This document shows, piece after piece, positions 14,901 through 28,100 of a stretch of 64,000 nt of DNA. The DNA is from Raillietiella orientalis (taxonomy: Eukaryota): assembly GCA_036172245.1 (NCBI GenBank), contig JAYWIR010000004.1, positions 3,720,001 to 3,784,000 on the forward strand, written 5' to 3'. The notes under the pieces were generated by a model. That model saw nothing but the letters and a program-made list of their open reading frames with translations, made no database searches and was not told where the DNA came from. Position 1 is the stretch's first letter; each line of letters begins with the position of its first letter. Made by a program: the position numbers and the translations under genes.

Positions 14901-17900
14901 TGCTAAAAGACATGGATTCTGCTTGTTAAAAAGCTCCCCATAATCCCTAGACACAGGATCTAAAATCAGGAAACGAACCTCTTGAAGAATTAAACAAAAC
15001 AAAACAGAAAAACAGAATCTCTAAGGCACCAGAGAAAAATCTACAAAAGTCCGACTCTTGAGCATCCATCTGGAGTATCGAACGCAAACAGATGGTTATT
15101 TCACAGCTTACTGTAAACTGACTGAGAGCAATTACAGAACCAATTGCAATCTGAGCACCTTCTCTCTATAAAATCCGTTTTTCAACTATCCTCGAGCAGC
15201 GTGCGTCAACTCAAAAACATATCCGTCTGTACCTCAAGCTGCAAGATGCTCCGTCAAAAACTGGAGGATGTTTCTGATTGCAGAGCTTGAACAGATGAAA
15301 AAATGATGAAAACATGGGGACGAGAGGAAAGATGGAGTGAAAAATTCTCTCTATAGAGCCTTCGAAAGAGAAAGACCAAGAAGGGTAGTCTTAAAAAGGT
15401 GCATCCCACCCTAATCTAGTCCTACGGAAGTTCATCCATGGATCCAGTTTCCAAAGGTTTCCCGTACTGGAAAATAGCAATCAGCTGCGTAGGGGACAAT
15501 GTGGTTGAGCCATCCACAGTCTCGATCCAATCGTGCAACTGGAACGAAATGCTCCCTCAGTTGCGTGGCATAAATTTCCAAATATTTCAAGAAATTCACA
15601 CCAAAAGTGGAAGATGCATCTATCACAGATGTTTTGATTTCCAGATCGTGAGTGTAAAACAACTGAAACGTGAAGTCGTTGTTCTGCTTTGCTGACTCTC
15701 GGCAATAAAATGGGAAGGAAGGTATTTGTTTTTTCTTTGCGATCTCATCTTGCTGTTGTCGCAGAGGCTTTGGGCATAGACAGATAAAATAAAAACTTCC
15801 TCCTCCTTGCGGATCGGGTGCGTATTTTACTATTGGTGCAATCACCATTAATCCATTGAAAAATGGATGCCATGGATAAACCATTTGACAGACCCCTCAA
15901 AAGGGATCTTTTTAACTGCTAAAGGAATTTTCTCGTCATCATTATTTCCACTATGGCTCATTTTTTTCTCCCTGCTCATTCTCGTACTGCTCTTTAGAAT
16001 GATGCTTAATTACTCTCATCGACATTCATCTCCTAATCTTTTCGTGCTTCCCCTCTCAAATCTGCATAATCTCATCCGATCATTTCTGTGTCGTTTCTAA
16101 GTGTTATCAGGTTCTTCTGGAAAGTGGAAGCAACGTTTCATTCTTTTCTTTTTTTTTCTTTTTTTTTTTTTTTAGAAAACTGCTGCATGAGTCGTATAGA
16201 AGTGTAGGATGACACACTGTCGATATAAACTGCAAAGGGTGCTACCATATAAATAGCTAAAATTAGGAAGTCATGCCAATGTTTTACGATACCATTAGTT
16301 CCCCAGAGAAGTGACTTCATCAGAGCCACCCAATGGAGGTCAATCGCTGATTTAATACGGGTACCAACCGGTTATTAAAGATCTACGCCCAAGAGTTAAG
16401 AGCAGTAATGGACTCAGTGATTATTGTCATCCAAAGGTGCATAGTTTCTGGGCACCACATACGAGCAAGCATCAGTCGGCTCCCCAGCCATCATTAGTTT
16501 CCATAGAGACATCAGAAATGACCCGGTTCTGGGTTGCAATAGCATTGGAGAAGGCATCGTACACTATGGACCACAGGATGCACCTCGGAATCCTGGAAAA
16601 ACCATGCTTCCCAGAACAATTATGATAATCACATGCGTAAATAACACACAAACAGATGCCTGAATTTTGATTCGAACCGATCTGATTGAGAAAGAAATTG
16701 AACTGATTGAAAAACGAGTAAATTGTTATAAACAGTCCATAAATTACTAAGAAAGCATATTCTGCTGTTGGACTTACATCGCACTTCTGTACTTGGATGC
16801 AATACATCCGATGTTCTCTGAATACCTTACAATGAGATTCATACCGGGATGTGCATTTCCGGCAATCTGTCCAGTATGCCTTCCGGAGTTCTCGGGAGCG
16901 AACCAGGAACCTGCGCAAACGGGAATTTTGCTTAAAGTGTTTTCCTTTTCCCTTTAGAAAGCGATTGTAATTTCGTGTGCTAAACTAATTATTCCATGTA
17001 ACGCAAATTCCATCGCTCCTCTATCCGTCCAAAGCTTTTTTCTCACATCAAGCTGCGCTGCCATAAGGATGTTCCTATGGAAGCGATCAGCATACTTCGA
17101 CTCAGCACTAGCAATGAGGGGCCGATGTGAATGCCTCCATATTACCACTACTGGCATGTGTCATGGGAATGGTGGTAGTTCCACGGATCCTTCCTGAGTT
17201 CAGCAAAATTCATGAGTTCCCATGCGTTAGATTGCGATCATAACTGCAGAAACGTTCTTCGAGAGCCTCTGTTCTTTGACATGCGTGGTAATCTCAGTTC
17301 CAAACGCAATCTCACAAAGCAAAACTCAAACGACTCGCATCTCACGTACGCTTCATGACTTCAAGGCTGCTGATTCGTTCTATGCTTGTGGATCACAAAG
17401 ATTCGATTACTTTAGACAACTTTTTTTTTTTTTTACAAATCCAGGTCTTAACATCTTCGTTTCCTCATGCAGTCTTCTCTTCAGTTATTTTTATTTCTGT
17501 CTTTTCATATTACACGTGTTTGATAAATATCGTTCCTTCGGACTTTATGCAGAATCCGCTAGACGTCGAATAATGACACGTTGGCATGGCAACCTAAACT
17601 AAAGGTGGAAGATATTGTATTTCTAGATTGCCTGCTACGTAACTAGGCAGTAGTACTTTAACAGAAACCTAAAAAATGTCATCAGTATTACTTGTAATAT
17701 TGATGATATTTCTTAATGTGAGGCTTTATCAACTGAGGTTTCCTCGTTACATTGGTGGCAAAGAAAAAGTTTCATCTTTCCTCTTGTTTTGAGGAGAAAT
17801 ACGGTGTTCCCTCCCCACCTCCTCTTCTTCCCAATCCTCACAAAACCAACCGTATCGCTCGTTTTTTCGTGGGTGAAGGCTGGTCACACTCGTCGTCCGT

Positions 17901-20900
17901 GCAAGGAATGAAACGCAGTCAGACATTTTGGATCATTTCGTGACAGCTGTACCAGGAGGCATGACATCTTTCGCGGCTACATCCAGAAGGCAAAGTATTG
18001 ACGATGGGTGATGGACATCCAAGGGACTCCCAGATTGGAGTCGTTGTCACAACCTAATCTCGTCCTGAGAAGAGGGGACCGCGTCATCATACTGGAGACG
18101 TGCTGTCCACTCCAAGACACACCAGCAGCATTCGAGGAGGCTTACAGGGGGAAACAGGGCGAATATCGGACTGGGGCCGCGCACTCTCCCTCGCCCTCTC
18201 AGCAGCCCAAGCGCCAGTTCGTGCGAATGGTCGTCGGGTCAGTGGGAGCTCGGGATCCACAGAACCACGACGTCCTGAAGGGGATGGAAACCCCTTCAGC
18301 TCTGAGGGAACGGAGGCAGCACCTTGAATGAAGAGGTCTCGGATCCTTCATCGACTTCATGCTCCGTCCATCTTCTGGCGCCCGTGCAGAGTTGCGAAAG
18401 TTTCTGTGTTCGCGGAGAAAACCCGCTGGTGTCATCCGCGAGGACCAAGTGTTGGAAGCGTGCACCAGCCCCATGACTGCCACAGTCATCCGAGTAGCGT
18501 TGCCCGATCGAAGTCGCTTCAATGACCCATCAGCGGTTCGGGCTTGCTACCGTGTGGATCGACGTACGTCTTTGAGGCGAGCTTGCGTCTACTGGCAGGA
18601 TCAGCCAGCAAGACATCAATGCCGTCCAGAATATGTCCACTAGGCACACCCTCCAGGTGACTCAGCTCGGACCTCCGTCGTCGAGTCTCCTGGTCCCCAT
18701 TCTAATGTGAAGAACTCTGTTGCATGTCTGGAGGCCATCCATCCTATGGCTTTCCCTTGTTTTGAATTGTGGATGCTTTTGGTCGAGACTGACGCATCAC
18801 GGAATCGGAGCTTGGAAGAGAAGGGGAGATGAAAGGAAAATGATGAGGATTTTGGAAAGATATGGTAAGAAATTCAATCATAGTAGCCTTCGGAAAACAA
18901 CACGTACGTCTCTCGAGCAGTGGATGGCACTTCTTTAGCTTTCACAGTGGCACAATGACGACTGGAGTGGTGGCAGACAAACAAATGGAACAAATCTTCA
19001 TCTTGCAGATTTCCAGCAAGCGTGCACATGCTACTTGTGGTAAGGAAGGCCTCACTCAACAGCAGAGGAGACCCAGCAGTAGAGATCAGAGGCTATAGGG
19101 AAAAGGTGAATCCGTTGGGCAAAGCTCAAGAACCGAAGAGCTAAGCAAGCTTTGTGGAGTATGAAGCGATCACCAGAATAAAACTGTTCAAAAAATAGAA
19201 AATTCGTCGTCATGGGTTTTGTTTCACTGTGCAGAAATATTCTTCTTGTTCCGGATAACAGTTTCCGTGGAGGCATCAAATTGGGGAGAACAGTAGATGA
19301 ACTCTTGAACACGAGCACGAAATTAGAAGGATTGTTCTCACTCGATAGTTTGAGAAGTTGGACTTCATTGGAAGTTCGCTGGCTGCGTGTGGCTCTAGAT
19401 GGTGTGAACGTGAACCACTGATTTTGCATGCTCGATTCAAGGACCACGAGGTTCCCTTAAGAATTTGTTGGTGCGTTCAAGAAAGAAAAAGCTGTTCACT
19501 CAGCACTGTTCGTGATACAGATGATAGGCAAAAAGAATTATTGCGACAACTTACCTCATCCTTTTGCCTGAGTCACAAGAGCATGGTTTGCTTCGCATCT
19601 TGTGTGCTGATCGGAACAACCTTCGGAATGTGAAGGAAGTTCGAGTTGGCTCGCAAGAACGGTTTGGTTTTCCCCTCCCTCAAATTAAAAAAAAAAAAAA
19701 CTTCAAAGCTCTGATATCCAATTTCAAGTCCAGGGCATGTCTTCGGAAATGGGTTTGTTTCAGCACCGAGTCCGTTTTCATTAAGCAAACTTTTAAAAGC
19801 AAACTCGAGAACTTAATTTAAAAAACATCCTCAATTTTCAGAATTTCATTTATTCGGAATTTTTTCTTCCGTGGCGCTATGAATGAATGAGGCATTTTTT
19901 CCGCAATCTGCGTAAAGTCCTTGAGGAAGATTCCAGATCAGATCAAAGCAGGGTCAAAGTGTTTTTCAGAAGTCAAGATATTGAAATCAGGCACTATTGC
20001 TGTTTCTCACCCGGATGCACCGAGGCGTTTATTTCTAAATTATCCAGGAACAGAGTTCCCGGACAAAGGACACAGAAGAAACGAAGAGGAGGATTCCCGA
20101 CACGCAGGTCGGTAAACCGAAAGTCCGGAACGGGAGGGAGGGGACCACAAATACACATATAAAAAATAGAAATAAAGATATGGGGAGGGTAGGGGACAGG
20201 GGACTTTGGGTTGGCCGTTCCTTTCCTTCACAACCGGCTATGGATGCCGGTGATCTCGCTCCTAACGTCTTCTGGAAGATGGGTCCACTCGGCAGCCGAC
20301 GCCATGTTCACGCCGGCTATTCCGGTGGCCTGACGGCGAATCGCCAGCTTCTCAGCTCTCGGTGGGCCTTGTCGATGGCGCGGATGCAACAGACCGTTGT
20401 GATGACAGCACCTAAGGACAGGCCGCCTGGTGTGAAGAAGCGGCGCATCAAGTCTTTTGCGGTGTCCCCCTGGTGCAGGAGAGCTGAGGCCAGTCTCTGC
20501 CACAGTCCTTGGAGGACACCGTAGTCCAAGAGCAGGTGCGGGAGCGTTTCCACGTCCCCGCACCGTTTACAGTTCGGGGAGACAACTCCCCCGGAAACAC
20601 GGTTCGTGCACTGGTTGGAGTGAAAACCCCAATGCAACCAGCATGATGACGTCCTGTTCCAGCTCAAAGGAAACACAGAAGTGTTCAAACAGGAGGGAGG
20701 GACCACAAGTTCTTCGGGGGACACACTCAAATGTTCGCTCTACCGAGAGTCCCTTCGGGATGTCGCGAGGCGTAGCGGCGTCGGCCAGCTCGCAAGTCCT
20801 CCAGCCGCCTATGGGTCGGGTTGTTCCTGCGATGGTGCAGGCGACCTCTAACCTCGCCAGTAGGCAGCTGTCATCGGCAATATTGCTGTCGTCATGCTGC

Positions 20901-23900
20901 ATAGACCCACTTGCCTGCACATATGAAGTCACGGCGGTCAGGTCAAGCGACCAATGAAACTCATTATCAAGTCAAGCGAGGCATTACCTTTCCCCAAATT
21001 GGGGTGATCCAGGCGATTCTTTAAGCATGGGGAGGAACCACGTGCCTCCATGGAAACGCAGCTTTAAATTAGTTTTGAACAGAATCCTGTAGCTAATAAA
21101 AGACGAGCTGTTCCGCCTTGTTCTTGAAACTCATTCATTAGTCTTTCTGTGTTCTTCTGCCGTTATTATAAACTGTTTAGCGTTAATCAAACTGAACGAG
21201 AAAAAAGCACCTGTAGGTAATTAGCATCGTATTAATTTAGGACGTGAAGGCTTGACAACAAAAAGTCCCAGCTGATGTGATTTCCACTTGCTATTTGCAG
21301 CTGAATCCACATACGTTATCTTGAAAATGGGGTTTCTGATGGAAGATCCAGAAGAAGAAGGCAAAACTTGTAATTTTCCCAAGCTGGAAACACGAGCATG
21401 AGTGTTCAGTCACCACCGAAGGAATGGGTTCAAATGCAACCTTGCATCCTTATTGAGCTGTTTTGCGTTTGGTCCCTCTGGAAGAAGGAGGCATAGGAGA
21501 GACAGCGCGTTACATAGACTTGTTGTCGTTCTAGATACATGTAAGAAGAGTCCCAGAGGCGACAAGCTGCGGAACAAAGTTCGAAGCATCTCTCCCTCTG
21601 ACAGGCCAAAGAATCTCCCAGTTTTCAATCAGGTCGGCTGCTCCTTCACTTCTTGCAAGACTGTAAGGGCTGGAGTTCCAAGCAAGTAATCTGTTTTCTT
21701 CGAATGAGAGCGCAAGTTAGTTAGGTATTAGTGAATTGGTAAGCTATCTGGTGCACTGATAACATTACGTTTGGTGATTTCGTAAATGATTTAGTAATAC
21801 ATTTGAACAGGAAGCTGACAAGTGACGGACAAGCTCTCATGTTATGACTTCAGTAACCGCCCTGGAAAAATGGTACATCGATCTAGTCACACAGTGGAAC
21901 TCTAAAAGCACATAAATGCAATTCCCTGATGCCGTAGTACCTAAAGGTAGCAGAGGATTTTTCAGTCTGCAGAGAGGGAGAGGCTTCATGGAGGGTCTGA
22001 TCTGAAATGACGTAGATCGATCGATATGAAATCAAGGTTTTAGCTAAAATCAGGTTCAATTCCAAAGTCTGCAACTCTTTTCAATGAGCAAAGAGCATCC
22101 ACGAAGTCAGCAATTCTCAAGGACTCCGCACACAGCCTGATGCTCCCGATTTTTCAATTTGTTTTTGGAAGTTTTCGGAGGATTCTCGTTCGCATCTTCG
22201 GAAACAACGTCGTACTTTGAATCAAACTTCAAAGATCTGCCTCAAGAGAAGGCACGCAAAGTTGCCGATGCATCATTCCATTTTGCCTCACCTCCTTCCT
22301 TCTCAACCCGTTCTTCACATAGTCCTCGTTAGCTAAACAGCTGATTTCATCGGATTTTCATACACTAAATCATGCTGGCATGTCTCTGAAAGATTATATT
22401 AAATGTCTCAAGAGCAATTTGCTCTCGTAAAACTGTCGCTTACTCTCAAAATCCTGCTAAAATCCACGAGATTTATCATTCTTATATGCTTCGTTTTCAT
22501 CCAAAGAATAAGAATGGCGAATTTTTCATGTCAGTGCATGTCTTTTGGAGTTACCGTATTGGCCAGAGTGGGAGCCACAGGACAATGTAGACTATGCCCC
22601 TGGAATCTTCGGGGGACAAGTAGGAGGGAAAACGACTTCCTGCGGAGAAATCGGACCTCATTTTCTCATATAAATCATTATTGTAAATACTGATATTAAA
22701 GTACAGTAATGTTACTCTTTAAATACTAGTACATGACACATAATATAAATGCATTCTTCAGTATTAAATTTGACGAGTGACTGTTCAAACATCATCTAGT
22801 AGAAACTCACAAATCTTTCTGAATGCAAGATACTCCGCATCTCAATTTTTAATGCGGAAACTTGGGAATGTACTGGAATATTCCTGAATAGTGTTCCCAG
22901 TGCTCTTTTTGATATTTTTTTTTTGGTGAGGAATTGAAAGACGAAATTATTTATCCATTCTGAAAAATCGAAAGACCCAGTAATTTTGGTGCACTCATTT
23001 CTTAGGACACGTTGGGGAACATCTGAAGAAATGGCACTAGGTGTAGCCAAAACTCATCTGGATGAGAGCAACTGCTATCGTTATCGTCAGAAGACCATCC
23101 AAATCAGAGTCAAACAGAATCCAGCAGATGTTGAGTCATCTACAAAGGATGGTGTATTTGTTGGTCATCTAATCTTTAGTAATTCACAGGAGCAGCGCTC
23201 GGTGAGGAGCCATCTTTACCAACATGACAGTTCAAATGAGAATGTGCGAATGGAGTTTCCCGTTGCAAAAAGAACAAGAACTTTGCAACTTTAACAAGTT
23301 CTCCTTAGCTTGCCAGATTCAGCTGCTCCTCGGAATAATTGATCCCGACAAGCCATAGAAATAATAATTTTTAATAAAACACAAATAGGGAAGAAACCAA
23401 TTTTATCTGCAGCATCTTATTCCATCTTCAAGATTTGTTCCGTAAAAAGTCCGAGTTTCTGGAATCACTGCTAATGCATCCTTGAGGGGTGATGGAGAAA
23501 TCAGTCTAAAGTCTCTCAACAGGTTAGAAGCCATGTTTTCTGGAACGCTGATGCTCACACTCTTGGGATATGTTAGTGAACCAGTGGGCCAACTTTGGTA
23601 GACAAAACCGGCACTGCAGCATGAACCGAATGGCTCTGGGCTATGATGAGAGAGAGATGCGACACGCTCGCCAGATCTCAGGGGAGGTGATGGCTGCTTT
23701 GGACGGCAGGATTGTGTCAACCATGGAAGTCTCAGTCTTCCAAGGAGTGCAAGACAGCTCTCCTGCCCGTGCACCCGACCCTATGGCGAGTGGTACTCTG
23801 GCGCCGGGGGACGACATCCAACCGCAAGGGTACTTGCTCATCTGAGACTGCACTATTTTGATTGAAGAAATGAGCAGTTTGAGAAAAGGTTTATCCAGAA

Positions 23901-24660
23901 ATGAAATGACAGACTAAATCATGTCTTCACGGCAGATGGAAGAGCGAATAAATGTCAGGGTGGTGAAAGGAGAGTGAATTCCGCTTGCTTAGCCGAACTC
24001 GAACTCCCCAAAATAGCAGAAAGCACTTTGCAGGAACCGAGTATATCTTTGCACTGCTTTTAATATCTAGATTTTTTGTGTGCAAGCTGAAGTGTGTTTC
24101 TTTTAGCAGCGTCATTGAAATGCTAAGTAACATGTGATAGATGAGTAGCCAAACTGTTTCAAACAGCCCAAGAAAAACACGGTTCTCAATAACTCGAAAA
24201 TTCCCAACATTGCTTCAACTTATCTTTCTCGGTGCAGCCACGAGCTTGTCATCCTGTATCTCACTAGCAATCTCGGTAGCAGTCAGTGTCAGAGCTGATA
24301 TAGCATTCGGATGCTCCTGCTCTAATTTTTGCAACGCCCTTGTACGGCAACCAATTTAGACATTCATTTTCAGCTAAATAAACAAGGGAGAATAGGGGGG
24401 TTGTACGTAGATTCTAGAAACCAAGAGGCCTGAAGACACATGCCTCTATGGATGCTAGCTTGGAATGTAGATTCTCCGAGTGATTTATAATGAAGTGTTG
24501 ATGCAACGGCATAATCTGATTTTTGTCGGTGCTACTTTTCAGTAGCATCGACAAGTCATCAAGTACATGCAGACTCCATCCTGCTGCTTTGGCCTTCATT
24601 TATGGGCTTCCGTAAGATGCAGATGCTCCATCATGCTTTGCCAAATGCCTTAAACTGAAC
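5990..24660 (-). CDS. Putative intron-rich host gene(s), scattered short exons, product unidentified
   Basis: AG/GT-flanked open segments on the minus strand: 6816-6917 (VDLHLLSGDK...FMQTL, followed by a 32-nt GT-AG intron at 6784-6815), ~6270-6376 (LKRGYERAKTQSE...), ~12815-12920 (VKLRDDCWLK..., donor GTAAGT), ~24240-24338 (ALQKLEQEHPNAISAL...). I could not assemble a continuous model. Confidence 0.3.
7993..8488 (-). mobile_element. 5'-truncated LINE (3' ~500 bp) with target-site duplication
   Basis: Minus frame LTQVHVLTCPRLLRDW is the tail of the ORF2 CCHC finger. Flanked by 26-nt direct repeats at 7967-7992 and 8489-8514 (3 mismatches). Ends AATAAA-ttca-CCCCaCCG caagt CGGaccGGGG-aaa. Confidence 0.7.
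8643..9046 (-). repeat. Inverted copy of decayed LINE segment 39283-39686
   Basis: Reverse complement aligns over 404 bp without visible indels, roughly 92% identity by eye. Confidence 0.9.
10150..10600 (-). mobile_element. Possible LINE ORF2 remnant (post-RT region)
   Basis: TERHLKETSFVRKDSGLPWKKVLYGNFSKTKKRNDWG resembles the R.F.W...W...PK..GG.G block. Confidence 0.3.
15330..15880 (-). mobile_element. LINE RT remnant
   Basis: ORF 15432-15884 has PQGGGSFYFICLCPKPL (~RQG..SP.LF...EPL), LEIKTSVI and FLKYLEIY (~KYLGI) in the correct order. Confidence 0.55.
16260..16624 (+). repeat. Direct copy of 621-985 (internal RT part of the decayed LINE)
   Basis: 365 bp; I count 4 substitutions. Shares the stops and frameshifts of the source. 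Confidence 0.95.
17880..18370 (+). mobile_element. Remnant of RLE-encoding non-LTR element (R2/NeSL/Utopia-like): CCHC plus restriction-like endonuclease
   Basis: NETQSDILDH (~ET..HIL.HC), TRRHD, QPNLVLRRGDRVIILETCCP (~RPDLV...II.DVT.P), AFEEAYRGKQGEY (~AF..A...K..KY), VVGSVGARDPQN (~VVG.LG.WDP.N), SRILHRLH. Confidence 0.75.
20004..20875 (-). mobile_element. 5'-truncated copy of the 59790-64000 LINE family, with intact 3' end
   Basis: Reverse complement matches ~63287-64000 (CKRCGDVETLPHLLL, 3' UTR). TSD ggca(c/a)tattgctgt at 19990-20003 and 20876-20889. Confidence 0.95.
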
Positions 24661-25169
24661 ACATCACTTCCTTTTTCCAGTGACGACTTCAGTTTGTTGG
24701 TTTTCTGCAAAATTAGAAGAACACAAAATTAGGAGTCCGTCTTTCGTTGGAGCATCTAACGTTGTGGTTATGCTTCAGAGAAAAGATCCGGTCTTTTTCG
24801 CCTTCCTTCATCCAGAGAGACAGAAGTTTTATCCTCCATATTGGAGATGTGAATTTCATGCTAAAAGTAGGTCATTGCAATATAAGTCCATTTTATTGCA
24901 GGGAACGTAATCTCACTTTGTAGAAGAAGATTCATTCCTACTTCATTAGGAATTTTATTTGTTTTGGCTTTCAGGGTCATTGCAACAAGAGTTGGATCTG
25001 TACCGTTGCATGCGTTCATTTCCAATGCTTAGTATATCATATTAGCTCCATCTACAAGCCTACGTATGCACGCCTTAATGATGAGGCACGCTCATGGAAC
25101 CTTTCTCTTTGGAGACCAGTAAAGTAATTACGTCCTTCGAAAAGAAATTCTCGATTTGAAAGCTACCAG

Positions 25170-28100
25170 CTTCTTTAGACCGTTTCTCCAGTGATCCAGG
25201 GAACCTCATTTCTTCCAGCAATTTACTTTACGCCAGAATCTGGTAAGTACGGTAAATCGCAGTGTATTTGTTGTTTAGATTGAGAATTTGGTCAGATTTG
25301 TTCCAGCACGAGCCTCAATATTTGGATGTGCAAAGGCAACTCTGCTTAAAAACGGAATCTAATTGGTAAGTTCTTTCGAGAAGGATGAACCAAACTCGTT
25401 AATATAAAGCTCTTATCCCTGACATGAGCTTATGTAGAGGAGACATGGAGGGTAAGCCTCAAGACTCATTGGCTCAAACAGAGGGTTGTTAACTGGATAA
25501 TGGTGGCCTCAGTTGGCTTTGGATGCTGGATGCATGAATTCATTGGTCCTCTGGGTTCAGTGACCAACATGAAGTATTGGGGTGCGCGAGTTCCATTGGC
25601 TGTGTCGTAAAATTCGCTCAAACAGACACGCTGCAAGTTGTTCCTTTTGGCCAGAGACCGAGTGCCCTGTGGCTGCTAGATCCAGCAAAGGACTCTCAGT
25701 CAGCCCACCTCCTGAACTCGCGTCCGCTTGTCTTGGAGGGTATGAGGACGAGCGTCCTTTGGCCATTGGAGACCAGGGGCCGAGAAGCTTTTGCTGATCC
25801 CGAAGGACGAGCTCGTCCGGAAGAAGAGGCAGCAGAAATTCGGAGCTCACCGAGGAAAACCGAACCAGCTTCGCGGCTGAGTCTGATCAGGCTTCATCCA
25901 CTAGTTGTGGTCAAAGGAAACGAGAAACCGTTGTTTCTGCGTGCGTTTCAGCTGCGTGACCGACGACGGCGATAGGCGAGACCACAGGCAACGCGAACGC
26001 GGTCTGCTGCGTAATGGGAATGGCTGCTGCTGACGTTCGTTCCAGCGAAATAGTCCCGTCCACGGCACGTCTCACTTGATCCTTCCTGGGCGCATCAGAT
26101 GCCGGGAAAACCGTAGCTAGGGCGGAACCACCGCTAGGGTGGAAAGCGACTTTTTCTCTTTCGGATGGGATTTCCCCCTGTCTCCAGCCTTGGGAAGGAG
26201 TGAAACTCAGCCTGCCGACTTAAGCAGTGATGCTTTTGGAATCCATGCTTCCGTGCAAGAAACCACAATGGAATCCTCGAAATCAAATGACAAAGCCACT
26301 CTGAGATGTTAAATGGACAAAGATCAAAGGCTGCATGATAAAAAAAGAACTGGATAGGCTCCGATTCGGAGGCTTCGCTCTTCGGAGATTCCTGCGACTT
26401 TGAAAGTGATCCCTATTATTCAACCGTGACAACAGACCCTTGTCGGTGAATGTTGAGAGGAAGGGTCAAAAGCTGAAAGTATTCCCGAATTTTCCCGATC
26501 AGGGAAGCGGCAGCTGCGAAAGCAGTGGACTCCAAAATACCAACGACATCAAAGCTTCTTACAAACGTGAAGTTTCTTTTGCCAGTGGCTAAACTATGGA
26601 CATCTTCAAAGTATGGAAGAAGAAACTCATTCACCCAGAGGTTGCATTGAAATGAACTGCAAAGAAATTGAAATGAGATTCTGGTTAATCCTCAGTACAG
26701 TCACTGAAGATCAAGTTGCCTTAAGAGGACTGAGATTTCATTTTACATGTAGTGGAAACGTAACGAAACTTATTTCTTCGTCTTGCCTTCAACGTGAATT
26801 GAGGAATTACAGTATTGTTCTTGGTGGAGTGAAAGCAAGAGAATTAAACATGAAAATTCCATGGGGGCAGAAAATCCATTCGGAGGAAAGGAGATGATTT
26901 GAGGAGTACTGGATGCCATTATCCTTTGTATCAGGATCAAATTAAATGGAAGGGTCTGTTCTCACAAAAATGCACCATGGCTTGTGTTTCACCATAAGTG
27001 ATTTATCGTATCCTTACTTTAGCAGGAAAAATCAATATTTCGTCATTGAGACTTCACTTTTCTGCGTCTGCTCGAGAGCAATTGGACAATTGCTCCAAAC
27101 TTTTGCTGATCCTCGTCATCACAAAGATACCAAGTCTGCTCAATTCCTCCTGTTTAAGGGGACAGTGCCTTAAGTTATACGTCCTGGATGACCCACCCGT
27201 GATTGGACTGCTTAGATGTCCCTGGATTATTGGATGCACGGAGCCACCATCCGGTGCCTCATCCTCTGCGAACGCTTTCTGGATGTTCAGGAACCAATTG
27301 GTTCATTCTCTTCGATAATCAAAAACTTTGACCACACTATCGAAGAGTGCATTGTGCTTGAGGCTCATGAGCGACCACAGCCAGCGTCAAGACCATTCTA
27401 CTTGTACTGTCGTAGACACTGTAATGCTCTGTGATATGTCGTACTTTCCTTTGACTCTGTTAGTTTGAAAACCGAAAAGTTCCGCATCATCGTCATCTAA
27501 TTTCCATTTCTTTCAATTTCTTTAGACTTTTTGGAAGTCCAGTACACTTTTCAAATCAAGGTGAGCTCTAAGTCTCTCATCGGCTCATTCCAATGATCCA
27601 CTTTCAGGAGGGAACTGTGAACTTCTAAGAATGATTAGATACTTGTGTTAGAAAGCAGAGATCTCACATGAAGCGGGGATGGCTGATGCAAGTCACGGGA
27701 TTGTCTATTTGTGTAGTCTTAGGCAGAATTGCTCTTTCGTATCTGTGAATCTCTCCCAACACCGTCAGTTCAGTACCTATTACCGACGTAGCATGCTAGT
27801 GCCGTCTATTCCTACGTCCCGCTGCTGATTCTCCATGGCTCCATTCCAAAGCGTCCAGTCTCTAGCACTGAAACAGGGATCGATCCATCCAATCCCGTTT
27901 GTACCCCAAGTTTTTGAAGGAGGAATTGCGCTTCTCAACCTTGAGGTTGTCCTTACCTCCTGGCAGTACAAATCTAGTTCGCTCACCGTCGAGAACTGAT
28001 TGGGCTTCTGCCATAGGTGCATCTTCCTGAGCAGATGTCTGCTATCGAAAACAGGAAGGATATTTGAGACAGTTTACGACCTCTTTCTTGGCAGTTTACT

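Noticed and set aside
18330..18760. U2 snRNA, SL RNA or rDNA target next to the RLE remnant
   Set aside because: No recognisable matching sequence.
27780..28020. Third RLE remnant on the minus strand
   Set aside because: Only vague similarity (KPN..., IPVSVL) across frameshifts; too weak to call.
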